Source: Macrostomum hystrix
Lineage: Eukaryota > Animalia > Platyhelminthes
Reading direction: 5' to 3'
Length of the DNA stretch: 64,000 nucleotides
Assembly: GCA_950097015.1 (NCBI GenBank)
Contig: CATNEN010000025.1
Span: forward strand, 992,001-1,056,000
How positions within the stretch are numbered: the first letter of the stretch is position 1; each line of letters starts with the position of its first letter. Below, one piece after another: positions 49,715-62,873 of this stretch. The notes below the pieces were generated by a model. It ran no database searches, was not told the origin of the DNA, and was given only the letters and a program-made list of their open reading frames with translations. The position numbers and the translations under genes were made by a program.

Positions 49715-52700
49715 ATGTTCTTAGTTTGTGTGCGAGGTAAGATATATATTTTTCAATAGGTTTTCGCATTCGACATAGTAACGTTTATCTAGTAAGCCTT
49801 TAAAGTAAGTAATTAAAGTAAGTAAAAGTAAGTAAAAGTAAGTAAAAAAAGAAACTAATTAATAAATCTAGTTTTATAAAATGTTTCGTAATCTAGCAAT
49901 AAAATACAAGGCAGCTAATATATTAAATAATAATGTTCTACTCATTTGCGTTCAACTACTTTAAAGCTAAAAACTTTTTTATATATTCAGGTAAAGTTGC
50001 TCGCTTGGCAAGTAAGATAAATAGAAAGGCGAAAATCAACATTTAATTGAACGACGCGTTTCGAAGTCGTTCGCGTTGATGCGAAACGCGTCGTTCAATT
50101 AAATGTTGATTTTCGCCTCTCTATTTATTTATATATATATATATGTTCATTCATGTTTGAGCAAAACGTGGAATTACACATTATGCTTTTTAATTCAATA
50201 GAGGATTTATTTATTTAACATAAAAACAGGTAATTAAATTAACAAAATTCTTAGTCTATTATATTTTTTCTTGTAATTAAACATTTTTATATACAAGTGC
50301 ATTTCATTCATGCATTTTACAGACTTATTTTTTATCGCGCATTTTTATTGAAAATGTTTTCTTAGATAAAAAAATGCTATTGTTTGTTTTGGAGATTACA
50401 AAAAATCTTCTAAAAATCGGCTTTACTAGTTAAGCGAGCCATACTGGGCCTGAGTGGCGCTGGCCTATGCACTTACGCAAGTGTTCGCCTGAACAAGGTC
50501 AAGTCGAGTACCGTGACGTCACGAGGGATGGCGCCAATCTGGGAGCAGGACTTTATTTTGTAAGTAAACATTTTTGCAGACTTCAGACTCAGACTTCTGC
50601 ATTCGTTCCTTCCTGAAGGCGCTATACTTTTGAATATGTGCGAGCGTAGTAGCTCAAATACTGTGACACAAGTTTTGAGTCTCAACAAATTGGTTGTCAC
50701 TGACACACACTAGCTCACCCTCACACTTTAAGAATTTCAATGAGATACGATCTCGCCTGACTGAACTTTGACTCTCAGTGCTAGCTCCATCACTGATTAT
50801 TTGTTAGTGAATAAATTTCTCCACCCTTTGCTTCTTCTCATACTTATATTGTTTTCCTTTGGAATTCTACTCTGTTTCATTCGGTTTCAAAAAGAGAAAC
50901 TATCTTAATCTATAAAATAATAAGTAGTATTTTCAACAATTTTTATTTTAAAAAAAAATTTTCAACGTAGGTTGACCTGAGAGTTTTTGTTTCCTGGTTT
51001 TTACTTTAGCTAGTCTGTTGTAGCCTAATGGATTAGAGTGTCGGGCTCATGACTAAAGGGTCGGGGGTTCCTTTCACGAATCCACTGGGACAATTGTGTC
51101 CTTTAACAAAACACTTAACTCTGCATTGGTTCAGCTCACCCAGCTGTTAAATGGGTACCAGAATCAGCTGCGGTCATTTAGTGTAGGTGTGGCGTCCCTC
51201 CAGTCCATGGACTGGAGTTCTGAACAGCCGCAGCAGTCTGCAAATTTGGCCCGATCAGGGCAGGTGCAATCGATTCTTATATTAAAATTTTTTTAAGTCT
51301 CCCTTCAACACTGAACCTTAAATTCAATCTCATTTCTGCAGCGAAGCCAGCCCCTCCGACGGAGGAATTTCCGTGGAGCTGTGGCGAAGGACAACGAGTG
51401 ACAGCCGGCTGCTGGCTGACTACGATGACGTTGAGAGACTTGGCTGCGCATGGGTTCCACTGCATCACGTGATCGAGGCCGACGAGGTTAGGATCGGGAT
51501 GAGGATAATTGTAGACAAAGGATTTGAGAGAAGATGGAAAAATGGTAGACAGTAAGGATTTGAGAGACATTGGGATAATAGTAGACAGAAGGGATTTGAG
51601 AGATGATGGGATAATAGTAGACACAAGGGATTTGAGAGATGATGGGATAACAGTAGACACAAGGGATTTGAGAGATGATGGGATAACAGTAGACACAAGG
51701 GATTTGAGAGATGATGGGATAACAGTAGACACAAGGGATTTGAGAGATGATGGGATAACAGTAGACACAAGGGATTTGAGAGATGATGGGATAACAGTAG
51801 ACACAAGGGATTTGAGAGAAGATGGGATAATCGTAGACACAAGGGATTTGAGAGAAGATGGGATAATCGTAGACACAAGGGATTTGAGAGAAGATGGGAT
51901 AATCGTAGACACAAGGGATTTGAGAGAAGATGGGATAATTGTAGACACAAGGGATTTGAGAGAAGATGGGATAATAGTAGACACAAGGGATTTGAGAGAA
52001 GATGGGATAATCGTAGACAGATGGGATTTGAGAGAAGATGGGATAATAGTAGACGCAAGGGGTTTGAGAGAAGATGGGATAATCGTAGACAGATGGGATT
52101 TGAGAGAAGATGGGATAATCGTAGACACAAGGGATTTGAGAGAAGATGGGATAATCGTAGACACAAGGGATTTGAGAGAAGATGGGATAATCGTAGACAC
52201 AAGGGATTTGAGAGAAGATGGGATAATAGTAGACACAAGGGGTTTGAGAGAAGATGGGATAATCGTAGACAGATGGGATTTGAGAGAAGATGGGATAATA
52301 GTAGACACAAGGGGTTTGAGAGAAGATGGGATAATCGTAGACAGATGGGATTTGAGAGAAGATGGGATAATAGTAGACACAAGGGGTTTGAGAGAAGATG
52401 GGATAATTGTAGACAGATGGGATTTGAGAGAAGATAGGATAATCGTAGACAGATGGGATTTAAGAGAAGATGGGATAATCGTAGACAGAAGGGATTTAAG
52501 ACAAGATGGGATAATCGTAGATAGATGGGATTTGAGAGAATATGCGTTGGCATAATGGTATACAGAATCACATACTAGTAGACAGTTGAAGAGACAATGT
52601 GATTTGATAGTAGTATGTCAGAGAAAGAGCCTCCTGTCATTAGGATGAAGTGAATGTTTTATTTTGATTAGCCTAATCGATAACTAAAGCTTTTGTTGTC

Positions 52701-55700
52701 GAGCAGTTTTGAGTATGTGGAGATTGCACTGCAGTATTATTGTGAAAGCATCTCTATAAGAGAGACTTATAGACTCAGAAGGCCACCCGGAATACTCCAA
52801 CTGACTCTAACTGAGCGATGAGTCGAGCCTGGGACCTGAGCTGATGCGACCGGGTGGAACTCATGCAGTGTGTTGAGCTGCACGCGCCCCTCCCCAGCCT
52901 AAGGGGATGAGGACGGAAGGAGCGGGTTAGTGAGGCCTGGCTAGGGGGTATGAACGGCGGGTAAGTTTCTTACAGAAGTGAAGGATGATAGAAAGAGAGA
53001 CAGTCAGCTATAAGAACTGCTGTCTCCTTGCTCCTGAGCTAGCTCTAAGTCGGTCTGTGTTGCACCTGTGGCTCGGCTAGCTTGTTAAACTGCGGACTGA
53101 CTGCATGAGAAGACGCTCTGGGTCTAGTGATTGAGATAGAGAGTAAGAAATAGACAGAAACAGAAAGACGGATTTATGCGGAGAGGACCTAGGGACGCCG
53201 TGACTCGTTAGTACTCGTTAGTAGGTCCTGAAAACATCTTTTCCATGCGTGTGTGTGTGTGTGTTCTAGGCGACCTGTATACCTGTAAAATTGCCCGATA
53301 CGCAATTAAGGGGAGGAGAATTAGTTCTCGGCAATTACGAGTACTAATTTAGTTGGGATTTTAGACTAAAACTGATCAAACGAGATTGTGAAGAAGAGAT
53401 GGATGTATAGTGAGTGAGTGAGTGAGTGAGGATCTGAGCAGTGCTCTGTAAGTCGAGTTGATTTGAGCTGTTCGAAAGCTGCACATCAGTTTTGCTCAGC
53501 CGAATCTACCTGACAACACTGTCTAATCTAGTAGGAATTCAGATCATGGCTAATGAACACCTGAACATACTAATATGATTGCTTCCCTAAGTGATCGATA
53601 GGTTTTTTTCTACAGGTAAACTCCATTCAATTCGCAGCACCTTATTTTCAAGATCAGATTACTCGAAAGAAAATCTTGATTATAGGTAGGCGGGATTCAA
53701 ATAGCACCATTTTTTTATTTCTAGTCATCAAACGAGCTAAAGGGGCTATTTTCGCTGCACGATATTTATCAATAATGCGTTCCTTGTCATTGGAATTCTA
53801 CATCTGAATTCTAGTCGTAGTTAGCCTCAGTAATACCGAAATCGTGTGGGTTACAGACCCAACCAACAGAAGTTCGTTTAGTACTCAAAAAACCTTCAGA
53901 ATGTCGTTGCGTACTGACCAAAGCTTCAGAATCTGTCGTTGGGTACTGACCAAAGCTTCAGAGTGTCGTTGGGTACTGACCAAAGCTTCAGAATCTGTCG
54001 TTGGGTACTGACCAAAGCTTCAGAGTGTCGTTGGGTACTGACCAAAGCTTCAGAATCTGTCGTTGGGTACTGACCAAAGCTTCAGAGTGTCGTTGGGTAC
54101 TGACCAAAGCTTCAGAGTGTCGTTGGGTACTGACCAAAGCTTCAGAATCTGTCGTTGGGTACTGACCAAAGCTTCAGAATGTGTTGTTGGGTACTGAACA
54201 AAGCTTCAGAGTGTCGTTGGGTACTGACCAAAGCTTCAGAGTGTCGTTGGGTACTGACCAAAGCTTCAGAGTGTCGTTGGGTACTGACCAAAGCTTCAGA
54301 GTGTCGTTGGGTACTGACCAAAGCTTCAGAATGTGTCGTTGGGTACTGACCAAAGCTTCAGAGTGTCGTTGGGTACTGACCAAAGCTTCAGAGTGTCGTT
54401 GGCTACTGACCAAAGCTTCAGAGTGTCATTGAGTACTGACCAAAGCTTCAGAGTGTCATTGAGTACTGACCAAAGCTTCAGAGTGTCATTAAGTACTGAC
54501 CAAAGCTTCAGAATCTGTCGTTGGGTACTGACCAAAGCTTCAGAATCTGTCGTTGGGTACTGACCAAAGCTTCAGAGTGTCGTTGAGTACTGACCAAAGC
54601 TTCAGAGTGGCATTAAGTACTGACCAAAGCTTCAGAGTGTCATTGAGTACTGACCAAAGCTTCAGAGTGTCATTGAGTACTGACCAAAGCTTCAGAATGT
54701 CATTGAGTACTGACCAAAGCTTCAGAATGTCATTGAGTACTGACCAAAGCTTCAGAGTGTCATTAAGTACTGACCAAAGCTTCAGAGTGTCATTGAGTAC
54801 TGACCAAAGCTTCAGAGTGTCATTAAGTACTGACCAAAGCTTCAGAATGTCGTTGGGTACTGACCAAAGCTTCAGAGTGGCATTGAGTACTGACCAAAGC
54901 TTCAGAGTGTCATTGAGTACTGACCAAAGCTTCAGAGTGTCATTAAGTACTGACCAAAGCTTCAGAGTGTCGTTGGGTACTGACCAAAGCTTCAGAGTGG
55001 CATTAAGTACTGACCAAAGCTTCAGAGTGTCATTGAGTACTGACCAAAGCTTCAGAATGTGTTGTTGGGTACTGACCAAAGCTTCAGAGTGTCGTTGGCT
55101 ACTGACCAAAGCTTCAGAGTGTCATTGGGTACTGACCAAAGTTCAGAATGTCGTTGGGTACTGAACAAAGCTTCAGAATGTCGTTGAGTACTGACCAAAG
55201 CTTCAGAATGTCGTTGGGTACTGACCAAAGCTTCAGAATGTCGTTGGGTACTGACCAAAGCTTCAGAATGTCGTTGGGTACTGACCAAAGCTTCAGAATG
55301 TCGTTGGGTACTGACCAAAGCTTCAGAGTGTCGTTGGGTACTGACCAAAGCTTCAGAGTGTCGTTGGGTACTGACCAAAGCTTCAGAATGTCGTTGGGTA
55401 CTGACCAAAGCTTCAGAATGTCGTTGGGTACTGACCAAAGCTTCAGAATGTCGTTGGGTACTGACCAAAGCTTCAGAATGTCGTTGGGTACTGACCAAAG
55501 CTTCAGAATGTCGTTGGGTACTGACCAAAGCTTCAGAATGTCGTTGGGTACTGACCAAAGATTCAGAATGTCGTTGGGTACTGACCAAAGATTCAGAATG
55601 TGTCGATATAATCAGCGATCCTTGTCGAAGACCCTGGTGACAAGAACAAATAAAATTGATCTGTATAAACTTATATGGCAAATCCAAATTTGGTTGAAAA

Positions 55701-58700
55701 ATGAAAAAAGAAACAATTTTATCAATCCAACATAGTTAACAATAGCTTATACGAGCGCATTTGTGGTTCTTGCTACCAGACACCCTGACAAGAATCGTTG
55801 AATATCTTGACGAAGCCGATGTTTTGTTATTCTGGAAGTTGTTTCATCGGATAGAGAGAATATTTAGGAAGGTACAGAAAACATAGGAATAAGGAGAAAT
55901 TGGGTTATTTTAAATACCTCGCCGTGGTTTTTCTACTGCTAATCATGCCTTCCCGAATGCTTACGCAAACCAGACAGGCTGCGGTCGCTGGCTGAAGCTA
56001 GACGCGTGCTTCATTGTGGATCTGAACGGTGAACAAATTGTTGGCACTAGGGGCGCCACTGGACATCGCCTGCTGCTGGACATGCGGTGGCAGCGACTTC
56101 CAGGTGAGACGCCTTTATCACCGAATAAGATGCTGAAAGTGAGGTGCAGGATGGGACAAATGCTGAATAATTGTAATTTATCCAGAAAATTATACCTGAA
56201 TAATTAGCTTGAAGTACACGTGCATAATCTTTTGCGTTTCGAATATTTCATTAATAATTAATATTTTCCCAGCTTTACAAGATCAGAAAATGTACCAATT
56301 TAACCCCAGGTTTGAGTCGGCAACTGCTACTCAGGGGTGAAGGGCATCGCAGGCAGCAACTGTGGCAGCGGCAGCCAACAAATGAGGTGAGAAACATCTC
56401 TTATCCAATGCATATTTAGCAGCTGAATTAATAGTTTCAATACGGTTACTATGGTGACCGAAAGTACGACTGACATCCGCTAGTGATACCGAGTATGGAT
56501 GGGTAATGCGGAGATGAGATTTCTGGTTGAAGATAGTGAGATAATGGGATCTTGAGATGGGTATCTCAAAATTGGGATCTTGAGATGGGGATCTTGAGAC
56601 AGTTGGGATCTTAAGCTGGTAGGATTTTAGATGTAAATTGTTAGGTTTGAGACACACAGCAATATTAGAAACAATTATTTTAACTCGTTTGTATTTTAAT
56701 AAATTATCTTATTTCTAATAAGTTTCAAGAACTTTAATAAAAGCTATGCGAAAATATTTTTAATCAACTTTTTTTCGCAACATTTTTTGAAACATTTCCA
56801 TTTTTCAACGAGCCACGAAATGGTTCCTTTGCGGTTGGTTCTTTAAATAAGTTTTTGCATCCATTACTAAAAGTGCAACCACAGCAATGAAAATTAGAGA
56901 AATATTTTAAGTTTAAAGTGCATAAAAACTAAATTTTATCTGCAAGCAGCCAGACATGGTGAAAGAGAAACTTTGAGAAATATCCACATAAGCCTGATTT
57001 CCCTAGGAAGGACGAGTACGATCTATCAGCAACAGTTGCATTGACAAGTGTAGAAAAGACTAGAAGGAGATTAAAATGCAAATGCTATGTTAAGCTCACA
57101 AGCTAGCGGTGATTAACAATGCTTAGTTGTCAAAATGAATACATGCAGGCTCACTAGATTTGTTCTAGATAATTCTAGATTGACAATTTCTCTCTTAAGT
57201 CATTGAATTTAGAAAGTTTACTGTGCACTGCAAGAGGAAACTGGCAAATCGAATATTAAAAGTGCACGATTTGAATTAAGGACCCTGGCGTGGATGTAAT
57301 GGCTCAGATAAGCTCAATCCCACGGTACAAGTTTGCTTCTTTCGAACACTTCCGAACACTACGAGAGCAGCTCATTCGAATATGCATTAGCTTTTTGTTT
57401 TTTCTCTATTGACGTGATTATTCCGTATTTTTTAGATCGTTTTAATAAATTTAAAGGTATTCGAAAAATAAAATCTCAGACAGAGAACTCAAATCCCAGA
57501 CTGAGAACTCAAATCCCAGACTGAGAACTCAAATCCCAAATGAGAACTCAAATCCCAAATGAGAACTCAAATCCCAAATGAGAACTCAAATCCCAGACTG
57601 AGAACTCAAATCCCAAATGAGAACTCAAATCCCAAATGAGAACTCAAATCCCAAATGAGAACTCAAATCCCAAATGAGAACTCAAATCCCAAATGAGAAC
57701 TCAAATCCCAAATGAGAACTCAAATCCCAAATGAGAACTCAAATCCCAAATGAGAACTTCTCTTCCAGACTAAAAGCTCGAATCCCAGACTGAGAACTCG
57801 AATCCCAGACTGGGAACTCGAATCCCAGACTGGGAACTCAAATCTCAAACTGAGAACTCAAATATCAGATTGAGAACTCCAATCCCAAATGAGAACTCCT
57901 CTTCCAGACTAAAAACTCTAATCCCAGACTGAGAACTCAAGTCCCAAATGAGAACTCAAATCCCAAATGAGAACTCAAATCCCAAACGAGAACTCCTCTT
58001 CCAGACTAAAAGCTCGAATCCCAGACTGAGAACTCGAATCCCAGACTGAGAACTCGAATCCCAGACTGAGAACTCGAATCTCAGACCGAGAACTCAAATC
58101 TCAAACCGAGAACTCAAATCCCAGATCCCAAATGAGAACTGAAATCTCAGACCGAGAACTCAAATCTCAAACCAAGAACTCAAATCCCAGATCCCAAATG
58201 AGAACTGAAATCTCAGACCGAGAACTCAAATCCCAGATTGAGAACTTAAATCCCAGATTGAGAACTCAAATCCCAAATGAGAACTCAAATCCCAAATGAG
58301 AACTCAAATCCCAAATGAGAACTCAAATCCCAGACTGAGAACTCAAATCCCAGACTGAGAACTCAAATCCCAGACTGAGAACTCAAATCCCAGACTGAGA
58401 ACTCAAATCCCAGACTGAGAACTCAAATCCCAGACTGAGAACTCAAATCCCAGACTGAGAACTCAAATCCCAGACTGAGTACTTGTAGCTGACTTGCTAC
58501 AAATGTTGCTAGTTAAATTTAAGAGTCGGCAAAAGCTTGCGCTTGTTTATTTAGTTTGTCGTGGGGTTACATTTAAGTCTTAACCGGGCGACTGTACCTA
58601 ACGATAACAAGGGCCAAAGACAAATTAGAGGTAAGGGGGAAATAAAAGTACCATTTGAATCTTTAAATATTAAGAGTTAAAAGAAAGAAGTGAATTTGCT

Positions 58701-61700
58701 GCTACAAACTCAAATCCCAGACTGAGAACTCAAATCTCACACCAAGAACTCAAATATCAGATTGAGAACTCCAATCCCAAATGAGAACTCCTCTTCCAGA
58801 CTAAAAACTCTAATCCCAGACTGAGAACTCAAGTCCCAAATGAGAACTCAAATCCCAAATGAGAACTCAAGTCCCAAATGAGAACTCAAATCCCAAATGA
58901 GAACTCAAATCCCAAACGAGAACTCCTCTTCCAGACTAAAAGCTCGAATCCCAGACTGAGAACTCGAATCCCAGACTGAGAACTCGAATCCCAGACTGAG
59001 AACTCGAATCCCAGACTGAGAACTCAAATCTCAGACCGAGAACTCAAATCTCAAACCGAGAACTCAAATCCCAGATCCCAAATGAGAACTGAAATCTCAG
59101 ACCGAGAACTCAAATCCCAGATTGAGAACTTAAATCCCAGATTGAGAACTCAAATCCCAAATGAGAACTCAAATCCCAGATTGAGAACTCAAATCCCAAA
59201 TGAGAACTCAAATCCCAAATGAGAACTCAAATCCCAGACTGAGAACTCAAATCCCAAATGAGAACTCAAATCCCAGACTGAGAACTCAAATCCCAAATGA
59301 GAACTCAAATCCCAGATTGAGAACTCAAATCCCAAATGAGAACTCAAATCCCAAATGAGAACTCAAATCCCAGACTGAGAACTCAAATCCCAAATGAGAA
59401 CTCAAATCCCAGATTGAGAACTCAAATCCCAGATTGAGAACTCAAATCCCAGACTCAGAACTCAAATCTCAGACCGAGAACTCAAATACCAGTCTGAGAA
59501 CTCAAATCTCAGACCGAGATCTCAAATCCCAGACCGAGAACTCAAATCCCAGACCGAGAACTCAAATACCATTCTGAGAACTCAAATCTCAGACCGAGAA
59601 GCAAATTCCTAGACTGAAGTGTCTAGACCGATAATAAAATAATTTGAAAAGGAAAAATCCCAATCCCAGCAAGCTACTCGTACTCAAGCCGACAACTACT
59701 CTGAAACAGGGGGAGGCGTCAGCTTCAGCCAGGTGGGCTAATCGCTCGAGTCGCGCAATGCGTCATCGCAGAGTGGATGAAGAACTGAACGAGAAAAATC
59801 AAAGAACAGCTGGTTTAGCTAGTTTAGCTAGTGTACACTGCGGCTTTGAAAATCACTCTGCGCAGCAGCAGCAGCAGCAGCAGCAGCGGCCGACAATAAA
59901 CCGACAACTCGCTGTTGATTCGGCTAGCAAGTATGCGATCGATTCATAATTTCCTGCTTAATTTTGATTCGTATTTATTTGTACTCGTAAAGTGGCCAGT
60001 GAGACAGTGAAATAAATGGACAGATAGATAGCGAGATAAACAGACGGATAGGAAGTGAGATCAACAAACTGACAGACAGTGAGATAAACAAACTGACAGA
60101 CAGTGAGATAAACAAACTGACAGACAGTGAGATAAACAAACTAACAGACAGTGAGATAAACAAACAGACATTCAGTGAGATAAACAAACTGATAGACAGT
60201 GAGATAAACAAACAGAGAGACAGTGAGATAAACAAACTGACAGACAGTGAGATAAACAAACTGACAGACAGTGAGATAAACAAACTGACAGACAGTGAGA
60301 TAAACAAACAGACAGACAGTGAGATAAACAAACTGACAGACAGTGAGATAAACAAACAGACAGACAGTGAGATAAACAAACAGACAGACAGTGAGATAAA
60401 CAAACTGACAGACAGTGAGATAAACAAACAGACAGACAGTGAGATAAACAAACTGACAGACAGTGAGATAAACAAACAGACAGACAGTGAGATAAACAAA
60501 CTAACAGACAGTGAGATAAACAAACAGACATACAGTGAGATAAACAAACTAACAGACAGTGAGATAAACAAACAGAGAGACAGTGAGATAAACAAACAGA
60601 CAGACAGTGAGATAAACAAACAGACAGACAGTGAGATAAACAGAGAGACAGACAATGAGATTTTCGCTTTCTTGCACTCTCTTTATCAATTGCTTTAGCT
60701 CAGTGTTTCGCTAAAGCAGACAAGATTAAGGAATCGACTTGGCTAAGACTTGGCTAAGAACAAATTCAAGATAGGCCTATTTAAGCAACTCATGTCTCCT
60801 TTGTGTCACTGGCAACTGTGCCTTCCTGCTTGTTCGTCTTTTGAACTTTTTTATAAATCGCCGTTTCAATTCTTCCTAATTTCACCTGAACATTTTTCCA
60901 CCCTCATCTCCCTTCTATTTAATTCTCACTCCTCTCCCTTTCCTCTTCCCCTCCATCCTCCCCTCCCTCTTCTCCACTCCCTCTTCTCCCCTCCCTCTTC
61001 TCCCCTCCCTCTTCTCCCCTCCCTCTTCTCCCCTCCCTGTTCTCCCCTCCCTCTTCTCCCCTCCCTCTTCTCCCCTCCCTGTTCTCCCCTCCCTCTTCTC
61101 CCCTCCCTGTTCTCCCCTCCCTCTTCTCCCCTCCCTCTTCTCCCCTCCCTCTTCTCCCCTCCCTGTTCTCCCCTCCCTCTTCTCCCCTCCCTGTTCTCCC
61201 CTCCCTCTTCTCCCCTCCCTCTTCTCCCCTCCCTCTTCTCCCCTCCCTTCTCTCCAATCGCTCTTACCTCCCTTTGTAGCAAAAGCTATTTATTTTTTTA
61301 TAGTCATTCCAGACTTCGCGGTGGTGTCAGTTCAAGTCAGGAGATGCTTCGGCATAAACAAAGCAATGACTGTGATCCAGAACGGTAAGAGGCTGCTTAC
61401 TATTTTTACTTAGTGGCCAAGCATTTTTCTACCTACTATTAGTAGCTCATAATATAAAACGGATTCATTGAACAAAAATCTACCGAAAAATCACATGAAG
61501 CTAGAATGGCCCAAACCAATCGATCTATTTCATTGAAGCATTGGAAGCTTCCCCATCAGACATCCGCAGCCGCCGCCGATGCGGTTCAACGGGCCCCACG
61601 CACCGCTGCCCAGTCGCCGACGTTACCGATTAAGCTGCCAGTCATCCGGCGACCCTACTGATCCGTGTGCCCTGTTTGGCTCGCCAGCCAGTAGCCTCGA

Positions 61701-62465
61701 GGACGTAGCTGCGTCAGCGTCGGCTGCCGTCGACACACCGGCAGCTGAGACAGCGGCGGCGGCGGCCGCTGCAGCATCTGCTGTTGTCCCAGTCGGAGCC
61801 GGAGTCCTGGCCACTTCACCAGCCGGACGGCCATCAGATGTCGTACCAGACGGTGAAACGAAACCCGACACGCAGCTCGCAACGGAAGCCGATGTTGATA
61901 AAACGAGCGCTTCGTTCTACGAGTGCTGCGGCCCCAACCTGACTCGCGAGTACATCGAGCGTCACTTCGGTGCCTCCACTGTCGGAGACGCGCCCGAAGC
62001 TCCGGCATCCGCGTCACCAGCGACTCCGCCGCCCTGTTTAACACGACGCCAGGTGCTCGTGAAGGGTCGCATCTATGAGCGACTGACGCCGCCACCGATG
62101 CAGCTGATGCAGACGTCGACGCCACCACAGAGGACGCCGTCACTGCCGTCACCACCGCCGCAGCCCACAGCGAACGCTGAAACAGGATTGTCATTGCCGA
62201 CGCACTTGCCTGAGCTGGCTCAGGCGCCATCTCTGCCGACACCGACTGAGCACACGCCGCTGCAGCCGTCCCTTCAACAGCCAGGCATCGTCGTCGCGTT
62301 CCTCAGTAGCGGCGTCGGCAGCGTGAGAGCGGAATTCCGACGCGCATCGTCCGCCAACGTCGATGAGACAGCGTGCGACGGCCGATCGTTGGAAGATGCG
62401 CCAAGTCATCGACGGCCCCGATTCGCTTCATTGGGCAGCTGGAAGATGGACGAAAACTTCCACGG
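49715..62465 (+). CDS. unc-13: unc-13/Munc13-family gene, 5' part with N-terminal C2A domain; exons 49715-49736, 50430-50559, 51342-51486, 55974-56103, 56310-56386, 59710-59930, 61313-61384 (or 61304) and 61560-62465
   Basis: Spliced MFLVCVR-VKRA..CTYASVRLNKVKSSTVTSRGMAPIWEQDFI-FE..GISVELW..LGCAWVPLHHVIEADE-TGCGRWLKLD..IVGTRGATGHRLLLDMRW..LP aligns with Munc13 [97 protein letters not shown]. All GT-AG junctions are phase compatible (1,2,0,1,0,2,2). Exons 5-8 are supported only by splice signals and open frame. Confidence 0.85.
50017..50128. other. Near-perfect inverted repeat: 47-bp arms (1 mismatch) with an 18-nt loop, in unc-13 intron 1
   Basis: ATAAATAGAAAGGCGAAAATCAACATTTAATTGAACGACGCGTTTCG (50017-50063) versus CGAAACGCGTCGTTCAATTAAATGTTGATTTTCGCCTCTCTATTTAT (50082-50128). 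Confidence 0.95.
51013..51285 (+). mobile_element. tRNA-derived SINE family A, near full length, in unc-13 intron 2
   Basis: tRNA-like head (TAGCCTAATGG..GTCGGGCTCATGACT..GGTTC..GAATCC), a body GTGTCCTTTAACAAAACACTT..CACCCAGCTGTTAAATGGGTACC of the kind seen in animal tRNA-SINE central domains, then CCAGTCCATGGACTG and a 3' end matching the 2035-2290 copy. Confidence 0.75.
51497..52540. repeat. 36-bp minisatellite GTAGACACAAGGGATTTGAGAGAAGATGGGATAATC starting just after the unc-13 exon 3 donor
   Basis: About 28 units. Confidence 0.95.
53893..55600. repeat. 30-bp minisatellite GTCGTTGGGTACTGACCAAAGCTTCAGA(G/A)T
   Basis: About 56 units. Confidence 0.97.
57470..59600. repeat. 19/20-bp minisatellite GAGAACTCAAATCCCA(AAT/GACT) interrupted by unique sequence at 58480-58707
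   Basis: Directly visible. Confidence 0.95.
60000..60655. repeat. 24-bp minisatellite ACAGACAGTGAGATAAACAAACTG
   Basis: Directly visible. Confidence 0.95.
60915..61252. repeat. CT-rich array (CTCCCCTCCCTCTT-type units)
   Basis: Directly visible. Confidence 0.9.
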
Positions 62466-62873
62466 GTGAGCACTTTTGAGCAATCCACCAAATGGTCTAG
62501 GTCCAACCCGCGACAGTCTGCTGTCTTGTAGCCAAACCATATTTTTTGCTAACTAAATTATTTCAAAGACGAAGTAGTATATATTTATGATGCATGCATA
62601 AGAGAATGCGGACAATGACAATGCAACGTAATTTTAAATTGAAAGATTTCATTCATTTATCTTTATATTAGACATAAAAACGGATTTTTTTGGTTTGCAA
62701 CTCGCACTCCATTACATTTTTCCCGATTCTCATTGCTGGTGAGGCATGCCTTAAATTTCATAGCTTTTCAATAATGAATTGGAAATAAAATTGAAACTGT
62801 CTCCAAAACACCGTCTGACAACAATGTCATGATCTGGATTGATCAGGGTCAAATCACCTCATTGTCTAGTCAA

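Noticed and set aside
51465-52571. 343-aa DGIIVDTRDLRE repeat ORF that looks protein-like
   Set aside because: It lies in unc-13 intron 3, out of frame with exon 3; exons 3 and 4 join perfectly without it, and most frames of the 36-mer are open.
52741-53485. Solo-LTR-like segment bounded by TGTG...CACA
   Set aside because: No target-site duplication (ATTAT versus TCAGT), no obvious polyadenylation signal and no second copy in the window; it cannot be supported without a database search.
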